32,000 nt of DNA from positions 690,001 to 722,000 of the forward strand of contig NZ_AP013028.1 of assembly GCF_000829315.1 (NCBI RefSeq), given 5' to 3'. How positions within the stretch are numbered: the first letter of the stretch is position 1; the number at the start of each line of letters is the position of its first letter. This DNA is from Wolbachia endosymbiont of Cimex lectularius. GTDB lineage: Bacteria; Pseudomonadota; Alphaproteobacteria; Rickettsiales; Anaplasmataceae. Shown here in pieces: positions 20,724 to 29,249 of this stretch. The notes beneath the pieces are model-generated. The model made no database searches, had not been told where the DNA came from, and was given only the letters and a program-made list of their open reading frames with translations. The position numbers were made by a program, and so were the translations under genes.

Positions 20724-21176
20724 ATGAATACAAACATATGGAAGTGGGGAAACACGTTACACATAACAAAAATGGGCATTGAAGGTACAGTTGCACTTGC
20801 GTCTTTAGCAGCAGCAATAACAACGGTATTAATTGCTACTAATATAGTTGCTGTACCTGAGTCTTTGGCGCTTATTAGCACAATTGTTAACCCTATTGGA
20901 ATTGCAGCGCTATTTATTGCTGCTATATATTTCACTATACTAGCTATTTCTTCATATCAGCAAATGCGCAAGAATGAAGAAATAGGTGAAGCTAAGTCAT
21001 CTGGAGGTACTGGGGAAGTTGAAGCAAAAATCGCTGGTTTAGCTACCAAAGCTGACCTAAACACAAAAGCTGACAAGAGTGATGTTGATCGCCAAATTGG
21101 AGATATACAAACAAAACTGAACGAGTTGAGTGTTAAACAGCATCAGGCTTCCGCAGCCACGGTTTTAGGTTATTGA
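20724..21176 (+). CDS. Hypothetical membrane protein with two TM segments and polar coiled-coil tail
   Basis: TVALASLAAAITTVLIATNIVAV and IGIAALFIAAIYFTILAISS then KADLNTKADKSDVDRQIGDIQTKLNELSVKQHQ; upstream AAAGGAGGG ribosome-binding site. Confidence 0.75.
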   Translation: MNTNIWKWGNTLHITKMGIEGTVALASLAAAITTVLIATNIVAVPESLALISTIVNPIGIAALFIAAIYFTILAISSYQQMRKNEEIGEAKSSGGTGEVEAKIAGLATKADLNTKADKSDVDRQIGDIQTKLNELSVKQHQASAATVLGY

Positions 21177-21232
21177 CACTATTAGAGGTAGATTTTCTAC
21201 CTCTTTTTTTATATTCAAGCATATAAAAGCTA

Positions 21233-22312
21233 TTATAATCTATCCCAAACCTCGACTATATCCTCATCAAAGTCTATTACTTCTGCTTTTTTAAATCGGT
21301 AGCAGTTGCTGATGGATTGAATTCCTAAATCTCCTACAAAAGGAATAGCATCATTGCCTAGAATTTTACCGCTGCGGCAGATTATCAGCCTGTCGATTAA
21401 ATTATGCTTCAGTAGCTCTGTGATCAGCGTTCCTCCACCTTCAACTAATAACCTTGTTATGCCAACCTCTGAAACAAGTTTTGATGCCGTGTCTTTCAAG
21501 CAGACTTTGCCTACACTGTTTGAATTAACTACTAGATAGTCAATGTTTTTTATTTTCCCCTCTACTTCTCTATTTGTGATCACCCAAGTTGTTACTTTAT
21601 CTGCAGTCTTTGCAATATTGTGCTCTTCTTTCAATTTTCCCTGGCTATCTATAATTAGTCTTATGGGTGACCTATCTTCAAGTTTTGGTAATCTGCAAGT
21701 CAAAAGTGGATTGTCATTAATGAGGGTATTGCTGCCAATCATAATTGCATCATATTTTGCTCTAAGCTCATGTACCCAATTCCTTGTATTTTCGCTTGTT
21801 ATCCATTTGCTATCACCTGTAAATGTTGCGATTTTTCCATCAAGAGTTGTTGCAATTTTGCAAGCTGTAAATGGTCTGTGTAATTTCCGAGTGGTGAAGA
21901 AGCCGATATTCAATTTTTCTGCCTCCTCTTGCATAATTCCTTGTTTCACTTCAATTCCTGCTTCCTTTAGGGCTTTAATGCCTCCACCTAAAACTCTTGT
22001 GTCGGGGTCGATTGTTGCAATTACTACCCTTTTTATTCCAGCTCTTGTGATTTCCGCGGTGCAAGGTTTTGTAACTCCAAAATGGCAACACGGCTCAAGA
22101 GTAACGTACATAGTTGCGCCGTGAGTTGAATCTTTAGCACTTTGCAAAGCAACTACTTCTGCATGTGGGCGCCCGCCGATTCCTGTATGGCCTTCACCAA
22201 CTACCACACCATCTTTTGCAATGACACACCCAACAGCAGGATTTGGTGCAACACTTCCGAGGGTTTTTTCAGCAAGCTTTAGTGCCATTGACATGAAATG
22301 ATCGTCGGTCAT
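21233..22312 (-). CDS. ribD: Bifunctional riboflavin biosynthesis deaminase/reductase RibD
   Basis: MALKLAEKTLGSVAPNPAVGCVI...GRPHAEVVAL...VTLEPCCHFGVTKPCTAEI...VWVWDRL end region; deaminase zinc motif plus reductase domain. Confidence 0.95.
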   Translation of the reverse strand: MTDDHFMSMALKLAEKTLGSVAPNPAVGCVIAKDGVVVGEGHTGIGGRPHAEVVALQSAKDSTHGATMYVTLEPCCHFGVTKPCTAEITRAGIKRVVIATIDPDTRVLGGGIKALKEAGIEVKQGIMQEEAEKLNIGFFTTRKLHRPFTACKIATTLDGKIATFTGDSKWITSENTRNWVHELRAKYDAIMIGSNTLINDNPLLTCRLPKLEDRSPIRLIIDSQGKLKEEHNIAKTADKVTTWVITNREVEGKIKNIDYLVVNSNSVGKVCLKDTASKLVSEVGITRLLVEGGGTLITELLKHNLIDRLIICRSGKILGNDAIPFVGDLGIQSISNCYRFKKAEVIDFDEDIVEVWDRL

Positions 22313-23511
22313 TAGAAAGAAGTCATTTCATATGAGGTATCAAAAATTCTTCTATGCTCGTGTATAGCAAATCTATCTGTCATGCCTGAGATATAGTCGC
22401 ATATTACTACTGAACGCTGGAATTGATAAGAGAGCTTGTTCCACTCTGTGGGCAATAATCCTGGGTTTTCATAAAAACATTGAAAGAGCTCCTGTACTAT
22501 ACGTTTTGCTTTGTTCATCGTTCTGTTCAGTTTATAGCTCCTATATATTTTTTCCATGTTGAATTTTTTCATTTCTTTTGTGGCATTTGCAACTTCTGGT
22601 GAAAATGTAACTAACATCTTATTTAAACCTCTTACGTCCTCTACGCTTTTTATTTTATAATCTTCAATATTTTTTTTAGTCTGAGAAACAACATCACTTA
22701 TCATAATTCCTACAGTTCTACTCAGTGATTCATGTATGAGCTTACACTTAGGCAATTTTGAATATCTACTCTTTACGTCTTTAAACGTTTCTCCAATTAA
22801 AGGAATATCGAGCAAGTCTTCTACAGTTACTAAATTTGCCCTGAGTGCATCGTCAAGATCATGAACACCGTATGCAATATCATCAGCAATTGAGGCAACT
22901 TGTGCTTCAACGCTTGAGAATTCTTCAAGTTTTAGATCATATTTTTCATTATATTCTAGCAATAGTTGATTATTTGTGTGGGATACTGCATTCCGACCAA
23001 GTAAGGGACCGTTATGCTTTGCAACGCCTTCAATAACTTCCCAACTTAGATTCATACCATCAAAGTCAGCATGTTTTTGCTCAAGATAAGTTAAAATCCT
23101 TATAGCCTGAACGTTATGGTCAAATTCATACTTCTCGCTATCAAGATTCAAATCTTGAACTGATTTCTTTAGAGCATCCTCTCCTGTGTGACCAAACGGA
23201 GGATGACCAAGGTCATGTGCAAGCGCTATGCATTCGGTAATATCCTCATATAAACCGAGTCTACGTGCAATAGATCTTGCAATTTGTGCAACTTCAAGGC
23301 TATGAGTAAGCCGAGTGCGATAGTAGTCGTGCTCATAATTGATAAAAACTTGTGTTTTGTATTCCAATTTTCTAAACGCATTAGAGTGAATGATGCGATC
23401 CCTATCACGCTGAAAACAGCTGCGGTTTTCATCTTCTGGCTCTTTAAAGTATCTTCCTCTTGTTTTACTTGGGAAACACGCATAACTTAATAGAAAATTA
23501 TTGTTTGACAT
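22312..23511 (-). CDS. dgt: Deoxyguanosinetriphosphate triphosphohydrolase-like protein (HD domain)
   Basis: SNAFRKLEYKTQVFINYEHDYYRTRLTHSLEVAQIARSIARRLGLYEDITECIALAHDLGHPPFGHTGEDAL. Confidence 0.93.
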   Translation of the reverse strand: MSNNNFLLSYACFPSKTRGRYFKEPEDENRSCFQRDRDRIIHSNAFRKLEYKTQVFINYEHDYYRTRLTHSLEVAQIARSIARRLGLYEDITECIALAHDLGHPPFGHTGEDALKKSVQDLNLDSEKYEFDHNVQAIRILTYLEQKHADFDGMNLSWEVIEGVAKHNGPLLGRNAVSHTNNQLLLEYNEKYDLKLEEFSSVEAQVASIADDIAYGVHDLDDALRANLVTVEDLLDIPLIGETFKDVKSRYSKLPKCKLIHESLSRTVGIMISDVVSQTKKNIEDYKIKSVEDVRGLNKMLVTFSPEVANATKEMKKFNMEKIYRSYKLNRTMNKAKRIVQELFQCFYENPGLLPTEWNKLSYQFQRSVVICDYISGMTDRFAIHEHRRIFDTSYEMTSF

Positions 23512-23552
23512 GTAAAATTTCTACTATAATAAATTATCAATAATAAACGGTA

Positions 23553-24020
23553 GTGACTATGTCAACAGATTACAATATTAACTTGACTGACAATGCGTTA
23601 AAGAAAATTCACTCCCTTGTAGAGCAGGAAGAGGACAAAAGTTCTGTTTTGCGAGTTGCAGTTTCAGGTGGCGGATGTTCTGGCTTCAAGTATAATTTTC
23701 TTATAGATCAAATAAATAAAAGTCTATCTTTGAGTGATGACGACGATGATGATTACGATGATGAATTTGATGACGACGATGATGACGATTATGAAGAAAG
23801 CGAGGATTATAGAGGCCACTCTAGCTTTAGCAGGAAAAGCAAAGATATAGTAATTAACGACGAAAATGGAAACCCTGTATTAATGGTTGATAATTGTTCG
23901 GCGAAATTTTTAAATAACTCAACTATAGATTACACTGAAGATCTAAGTGGTTCTGGGTTTCAAATAAAAAATACTCTTGCTAAGTCTCAATGTGGGTGTG
24001 GTAACAGCTTCTCAGTTTAA
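23553..24020 (+). CDS. A-type Fe-S carrier (IscA/ErpA/HesB family) with acidic insert
   Basis: LRVAVSGGGCSGFKYNFLID...INDENGNPVLMVDNCSAKFLNNSTIDYTEDLSGSGFQIKNTLAKSQCGCGNSFSV. Confidence 0.92.
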   Translation: MTMSTDYNINLTDNALKKIHSLVEQEEDKSSVLRVAVSGGGCSGFKYNFLIDQINKSLSLSDDDDDDYDDEFDDDDDDDYEESEDYRGHSSFSRKSKDIVINDENGNPVLMVDNCSAKFLNNSTIDYTEDLSGSGFQIKNTLAKSQCGCGNSFSV

Positions 24021-24044
24021 TTATGCCTCCTAGGCCTTTTCAAC

Positions 24045-24719
24045 ATGGGTGGTGATGTAGCACTAGAGCTAACTTCTGTAGATAAGAGCTTCAAAGAAGC
24101 TCCTGCTGTTATAAAAGATATAAATCTAAGGGTCGCGAAAGGACAAGTAGTTGCACTGATTGGCAGTTCAGGATCAGGAAAAACAACTATATTGCAAATT
24201 GCAGGTTTATTGGATAAGCCAACTTCAGGTATAGTAACGATAGATGGAGTAAATTGTACACAAGCCAGCAATAAACATAAAACTCATATAAGAAGAAGTT
24301 TTTTGAGCTTTGTTTATCAATTTCACTATTTGTTACAGGAGTTATCGGTATTGGAAAATGTTATGCTTCCTCAGCTCATTGCAGGAAGAAGCAAAACTGA
24401 GGCAATAAAAAATGCGCAGACAATGTTGGAAAAATTTGGTCTGGAAGACAAAGCCAGTAGTATGATATCTGAAATTTCTGGCGGAGAGAGGCAAAGAGTT
24501 GCAATTGCAAGAAGCGTTGTAAATTCCCCAAGACTTTTACTTGCAGATGAACCAACGGGAAATTTAGATCCAACAAATTCTTTGAATGTGTTTTTGCTAT
24601 TATATTCGTATGTAAAGGAAAATAATAGCTCTATGCTTATAGTAACACACAACCACCTCCTTGCAGAAAAGGCAGACTGTATTTTACAGTTAAAGGATAG
24701 ATCACTGGTAAAATTGTGA
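24045..24719 (+). CDS. lolD: Lipoprotein-releasing ABC transporter ATP-binding protein
   Basis: LIGSSGSGKTTILQIAGLLDKPTSG...FVYQFHYLLQELSVLENVMLPQLI...SGGERQRVAIARSVVNSPRLLLADEPTGNLD. Confidence 0.9.
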   Translation: MGGDVALELTSVDKSFKEAPAVIKDINLRVAKGQVVALIGSSGSGKTTILQIAGLLDKPTSGIVTIDGVNCTQASNKHKTHIRRSFLSFVYQFHYLLQELSVLENVMLPQLIAGRSKTEAIKNAQTMLEKFGLEDKASSMISEISGGERQRVAIARSVVNSPRLLLADEPTGNLDPTNSLNVFLLLYSYVKENNSSMLIVTHNHLLAEKADCILQLKDRSLVKL

Positions 24720-24743
24720 ATGGATGTAGTATAGAACTAGAAT

Positions 24744-24917
24744 CTATTGAGCTACTATCTTGTACTTACCTAACCAATGGTCATTAACAGGGTATAGTCT
24801 GCACGAAGTACTTTCATTACCTTTTATACACGGGCTTTTTAACTTGCGTGACTTGCTTAGAAGGCACCCTGATAGCATAGACGCAATTAAAACAAGAAAT
24901 AATAACTTCCTAAACAT
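24744..24917 (-). CDS. 57-aa putative lipoprotein
   Basis: Manual reverse-strand translation: MFRKLLFLVLIASMLSGCLLSKSRKLKSPCIKGNESTSCRLYPVNDHWLGKYKIVAQ*; lipobox LSGC. Below the ORF track length cutoff. Confidence 0.75.
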   Translation of the reverse strand: MFRKLLFLVLIASMLSGCLLSKSRKLKSPCIKGNESTSCRLYPVNDHWLGKYKIVAQ

Positions 24918-24969
24918 AACAAAACCTTTTTGTTTATATTACTACACTCATTTTTCTTGTTTGTAAAGA

Positions 24970-25668
24970 TTAAGCGTACTCTCTTATTTTCACCTCTTTT
25001 TTGGTCTTTTGAGAAGAAATAGCTGCACTATTCAAGCGCAGTTTTATATAGTCGTCTATAATTTGAACTACCTCCTCTTCTTTATCTCTTAAGAAATGAT
25101 TAGTATCGTCTATAATGTGGTATTCCATATGGTCACTTTTTACTGAGTTCATCAGCCTTTTTGCTAGTTCTGTTACATCGCTTTCTTCTGAGATTGTATC
25201 ATTACTGCTTTGTATTATAAGCCCAGGAACCGGACAGAGAGAGAAAAAAGAGAAGTCGTACTTTGTTGCCGGAGGAGAAAGGGCAACAAAACCTACTACC
25301 TCAGGGCGGCGCATTGTTAATTGCATAGCTACCCATGCTCCGAAAGAAAAACCAACTATCCAAATTGGAACGTTGCTAGGATTATGTTCTTGGAGCCAAT
25401 CAATAGCTACTGCAGCATCAGTTAATTCCCCTATACCCTTATCGAAAGTTCCGGTGGACTTTCCCACACCACGGAAATTGATTTTCAATGCAGAAAAGCT
25501 GTTGCCGATAAAAGATGCGTATATATTATGTATTATTTTACTATTCATATTGCCACCATATTGGGGGTGGTGGTGTAAAATTAGCACAACTGGCGCGTTA
25601 GCTTCCCTACTTTGGTGATACTCACCTTCTATTTTTTTTGCTGCATTATTCAAAAAAACTTCTACCAC
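24970..25668 (-). CDS. Alpha/beta hydrolase family protein
   Basis: HHHPQYGGNMNSKI...ALKINFRGVGKSTGTFD...IWIVGFSFGAWVAMQL (nucleophile elbow GFSFG), C-terminal DDTNHFL. Confidence 0.88.
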   Translation of the reverse strand: MVEVFLNNAAKKIEGEYHQSREANAPVVLILHHHPQYGGNMNSKIIHNIYASFIGNSFSALKINFRGVGKSTGTFDKGIGELTDAAVAIDWLQEHNPSNVPIWIVGFSFGAWVAMQLTMRRPEVVGFVALSPPATKYDFSFFSLCPVPGLIIQSSNDTISEESDVTELAKRLMNSVKSDHMEYHIIDDTNHFLRDKEEEVVQIIDDYIKLRLNSAAISSQKTKKEVKIREYA

Positions 25669-25839
25669 GTAGCTCCTAATAAAAACCTGCTTGACAGATA
25701 TTAACTAATGTAAATCGTGTATATATTAATTATATATTAATTTTACTGTTTTTGCAACAAGCTTTAAATCATACTTTTTATCATGTTAAGCTAATATATA
25801 TGACTGTTATAGCGAGTAGTAAAGAGTTTTCCTAATAAA

Positions 25840-26988
25840 ATGACAGATAAATCTTCAAGTCCCTTTTCTTTAGGTAGTGATTACGTATATGCTGACTATA
25901 ATGCAACTTCCCCAATTATCGACAGTGTAAAGAAGAGTATACTTGAGGTCTTATCAAAACAAATTCTGAATCCTTCATCATTACACAGAAGGGGACAAGA
26001 GGCGAGAAAGATTCTCCAGGATGCAAGAGATAATGTTCGTGGGATTATTGGCGCTTTAGGTGATAAAGAAGTAGTTTTTACGTCTGGTGCGACTGAAGCA
26101 AATAATCTTGTTATGAGAGGGATAGCGGGCTATCGATATGTAATTTCAGCTATAGAGCACCCTTCAATTCTCAATTCTGCGTATAATCCACATATAATAC
26201 CCGTTAATCAAGAAGGTGTTGTTGATCTTTTAGAGCTAGAAAAGATTCTGAGCAAACTTGAGAGGGATAGAGTAATAGTTTCAGTGATGATGGCTAATAA
26301 CGAAACTGGGGTTATTCAGCCTGTTAAGGAAGTAGCTGAAATAGCACATAAATTTGGAGCAATCTGTCACACCGATGCTGCTCAAAGCGTTGGAAAAATT
26401 GAAGTTAATATGGAAGATTTAGGGGTGGATTTACTCACTTTGTCCGCTCATAAATTCGGCGGTATAGCGGGTAGTGGAGTTTTAATATACGACAAAAAGC
26501 TTGTAATAGAACCTATCATAATAGGTGGCGGGCAAGAGAAAGGATTACGAGGTGGTACGGAAAATATTGTTGCAATTGCAGGTCTTTCTGCTGCATTGCG
26601 AGATATCCCAGATCTTCTATCAAAAATGGATGAAATAAAGAAGCTACGCGATCAATTGGAGTGTGAGCTGTTAAACTTTGCCAGCGGTATCAAAATCTTC
26701 GGTAAAAACTCCAAAAGGTTACCAAATACAAGTCTCATTTATATGCCGAAAGTAAGGAATGGCGTGCAGCTCATGCATTTTGACTTAAATAACATTGCAG
26801 TTAGCAATGGCTCTGCATGTTCTTCTGGAAAAGTTGAACCTTCCCATGTTTTGCTTGCAATGGGGGCAACAAAAGAGCAAGCAGAGTGTTCGATTAGAAT
26901 CAGTATAGGTCCAAAAACTAAACCACGAGACGTAGAAAAAATAGTGGATTGTTGGTATAATATCTATAAGAAGAACACTTTGGTATAG
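25840..26988 (+). CDS. Cysteine desulfurase (NifS/IscS-like)
   Basis: VYADYNATSPI...NPSSLHRRGQEAR...TSGATEANNL...HTDAAQSVGKI...LLTLSAHKFGGIAGSG...SNGSACSSGKVEPSHVL. Confidence 0.92.
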   Translation: MTDKSSSPFSLGSDYVYADYNATSPIIDSVKKSILEVLSKQILNPSSLHRRGQEARKILQDARDNVRGIIGALGDKEVVFTSGATEANNLVMRGIAGYRYVISAIEHPSILNSAYNPHIIPVNQEGVVDLLELEKILSKLERDRVIVSVMMANNETGVIQPVKEVAEIAHKFGAICHTDAAQSVGKIEVNMEDLGVDLLTLSAHKFGGIAGSGVLIYDKKLVIEPIIIGGGQEKGLRGGTENIVAIAGLSAALRDIPDLLSKMDEIKKLRDQLECELLNFASGIKIFGKNSKRLPNTSLIYMPKVRNGVQLMHFDLNNIAVSNGSACSSGKVEPSHVLLAMGATKEQAECSIRISIGPKTKPRDVEKIVDCWYNIYKKNTLV

Positions 26989-27034
26989 ATAAGATATCAA
27001 AAAAAACTACTTGGGTTGATAGAGAATTGCAATT

Positions 27035-27115
27035 TTGAAACCATCGATTAGGTCTTATCGCTACAGTCTCCCTATCAGAACCGTGCATGCGAATTTCCCG
27101 CACACGGTTCCACAA
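27035..27115 (-). other. Group II intron RNA fragment
   Basis: Minus strand GGAACCGTGTGCGGGAAATTCGCATGCACGGTTCTGATAGGGAGACTGTAGCGATAAGACC; hairpin at 27078-27110. Confidence 0.6.
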
Positions 27116-27174
27116 TATAGTGTTCACAATATTTACTTCTGTGCATATAAGGAAACACATATTCTTGGCTTCGG

Positions 27175-27280
27175 TATACCAATTCCCATCACACAGGGAG
27201 CAGATATGCCACACGCTATTCTACTTGTTTCAGTATGGGCCTTTTCCTCGTTATTGTCCTATGTAATGGGAATTGGTATA
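27175..27280. repeat. 106-bp unit bounded by 19-bp inverted repeats (MITE-like or IS remnant)
   Basis: TATACCAATTCCCATCACA (27175-27193) vs TGTAATGGGAATTGGTATA (27262-27280), one mismatch. Confidence 0.6.
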
Positions 27281-27499
27281 AGCAATCAATCCAGTCAACA
27301 GTATCACTCCTTGCTCATTATAGACTTACAGCTTTGATTTAATATACAATCCAGGAAAATTTGCTTGTTCACAAGCAAACTGATTTGGTGATCATGGAAA
27401 GTAGCTAATCTTATGCTAAAAACGTTCTTGGTGAGGTTGCGTGATAAAGGCTGGACAGAATTACACCTTCTACCCAATTTATGAATTACAACTAGCTAT

Positions 27500-27927
27500 A
27501 AATATTAAGAAATTTACCAAGCGAAAAAAAAAGCAAAAGAAACCCTGGTCAGTATTTATTTTTAGTATTGGCGTTTTTATGTCTTAAACGCTGCAATTTA
27601 GCTGCTTTTAAACGCAACTAGTCTAAGCTATAATATTTAAGAAATTTACCAGGCAGAAGAAAAGGACAATAAAACCCCGAGGTAGCTAGTTATTCCACTC
27701 TCTATTTTAAAATCCGGCGTTGGGTGATGTCTTAAACGACTTATAAGCGCGTTTCAGCTTGTATGGGTAAAAACCCGAAGTTTTAGACATGCAGTGCACA
27801 TAGTGCGAAAAATTAAACAATAGTACGCCAAATACAAGTTTTCTTGTCATTTTAACCTGCACAGATTGGGAAGTTAAACAAATAGCTTCAATACTATTGA
27901 TAAAAGGAATAGCGAAAGTTGTCAAGC
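27500..27927 (-). repeat. Composite non-coding repeat (modules A+B) with promoter
   Basis: Second copy of the 20115-20545 repeat; same module order and orientation. Confidence 0.8.
27899..27927 (-). promoter_or_regulatory. Sigma70-like promoter, repeat family
   Basis: Minus strand: TTGACA (27927-27922), 17-nt spacer, TATCAA (27904-27899). Confidence 0.55.
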
Positions 27928-28094
27928 AGTTTTTTTGTTTCTATTGAATTCCCGTGGCTTCTGAATATATAGAGGTTGTCCGGAAGCTAGCAAATTCAAG
28001 CATATTCCCTCTTTAACATAACTCTACTCATAGCTAAGTATATGAAATTCTCAGTGAATGTTGTGAGTAAATCATACTCCTTCGATAGCCTTCT

Positions 28095-28245
28095 TTTTTC
28101 TGCCTGGTAAATTTCTTAAATATTATAGCTTAGACTAGTTGCGTTTAAAAGCAGCTAAATTGCAGCGTTAAAGGCATAAAAACGCCAATACTGGAAATAA
28201 ATACTGACCAGGGTTTTTTTTACTTTTTTTTAGGTTATGCGAGAA
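28095..28245 (+). repeat. Inverted extra copy of module A
   Basis: CTGCCTGGTAAATTTCTTAAATATTATAGCTTAGACTAGTTGCGTTTAAAAGCAGCTAAATTGCAGCG...ATACTGACCAGGGTTT is the reverse complement of 27520-27665. Confidence 0.85.
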
Positions 28246-28385
28246 GTCTGCTTTCATTTTGACTAAAAGTTTAATCATTACTAATATTAATAAAAATTTA
28301 ATAATAATCCTTAACAATATATGAATTAACATGTTCGCAGCTTCGCATGATAGAGGAAGTAGAAGAATATTCTCTTAGAACCTGT

Positions 28386-28850
28386 TTAAAATCTTCGTAA
28401 CAGGAGAGAAATGAAGGAGAGGACTATCATCTGTAAGCTAGTGTTGAGCTTCCGCTCGCAATTTTTCCACAATCGCCTGCACTTTTCTAACCAGGCAAAA
28501 GAGCGTTCAACAACCCATCTTTTTGGCAATACGACGAAAGTGTGTAACTCACTTCGCTTTATTACTTCAACAGTCGCACCAATGATAGCTTTTATTTGTG
28601 TTGCAAAATTTTCTCCTGTGTAGCCAGCATCAACCAGTATGTTTTTAACTTCAGAGAGGTTTGCTTTAGCATTTTCGACCATTTTCACAGCACTGCTACG
28701 GTCAGTTGCTTCTGCCATTGTTACATAAATTGCATGTGGCAAACCTTGTGTATCAACTGCAATATGGCGCTTTATCCCTGAAATCTTTTTACCTGCATCA
28801 TAGCCTTTTTTTTTCAGCAGTATCTGCGTTTTTAACGCTTTGAGAATCAA
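28386..28850 (-). CDS. IS5-family transposase, C-terminal ORF
   Basis: 154 aa, A9 version of the tract. Confidence 0.85.
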   Translation of the reverse strand: MILKALKTQILLKKKGYDAGKKISGIKRHIAVDTQGLPHAIYVTMAEATDRSSAVKMVENAKANLSEVKNILVDAGYTGENFATQIKAIIGATVEVIKRSELHTFVVLPKRWVVERSFAWLEKCRRLWKNCERKLNTSLQMIVLSFISLLLRRF

Positions 28851-28861
28851 TTATACAAAAG

Positions 28862-29182
28862 CTAGTTTTCTCTTTCCGACCATTGCTGATACGGACCTCT
28901 CCAACTAATTTTTTTTAAGACTAATTCCAACAAGCTTGGCTCTTCTCCATTCTTTTTACTCCACACTCGAAAATAGTAATATACGCTTTCCCATCTTGGA
29001 AAACCCTTTGGTAACATCCTCCACTGACAACCACTTTTTAAGACGTACAACACCCCACAAAATACGTCATACAAATCAAGTTTTCTTGGTTTTGTTTTCT
29101 GCTTGCTACTCTCCAAAATTGGCCTGATTTTTTCAAACTGCTCTTGACTTATATTACTTGGATAACTTTTCTGCATAGACAC
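28862..29182 (-). CDS. IS5-family transposase, N-terminal ORF
   Basis: Near-identical to 5938..6258. Confidence 0.85.
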   Translation of the reverse strand: MSMQKSYPSNISQEQFEKIRPILESSKQKTKPRKLDLYDVFCGVLYVLKSGCQWRMLPKGFPRWESVYYYFRVWSKKNGEEPSLLELVLKKISWRGPYQQWSEREN

Positions 29183-29249
29183 CTCATTATTAATCTATGC
29201 TACTTTACCTCACATTTCCAAGATTTTAAACAGGTTCTTAGACCTTGCC

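Larger units (their letters stand above)
28378..29237 (-). mobile_element. IS5-family insertion sequence, copy 3 (860 bp)
   Basis: Same terminal repeats; TTA/TTA duplications (28375-28377, 29238-29240); two transposase ORFs on the minus strand. Confidence 0.93.

Noticed and set aside
21543-22124. 193-aa plus-strand ORF opposite ribD
   Set aside because: Antisense to a confident RibD coding region.
24760-24966. 68-aa plus-strand ORF
   Set aside because: The opposite strand encodes a lipoprotein with signal peptide and lipobox, a much better coding candidate.
25115-25618. 167-aa plus-strand ORF opposite the alpha/beta hydrolase gene
   Set aside because: Antisense shadow; the reverse strand encodes a protein with the expected catalytic motifs.
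27035-27337. 100-aa plus-strand ORF between the cysteine desulfurase gene and the repeats
   Set aside because: It runs through a group II intron hairpin and an inverted-repeat unit, so it is most likely non-coding debris.
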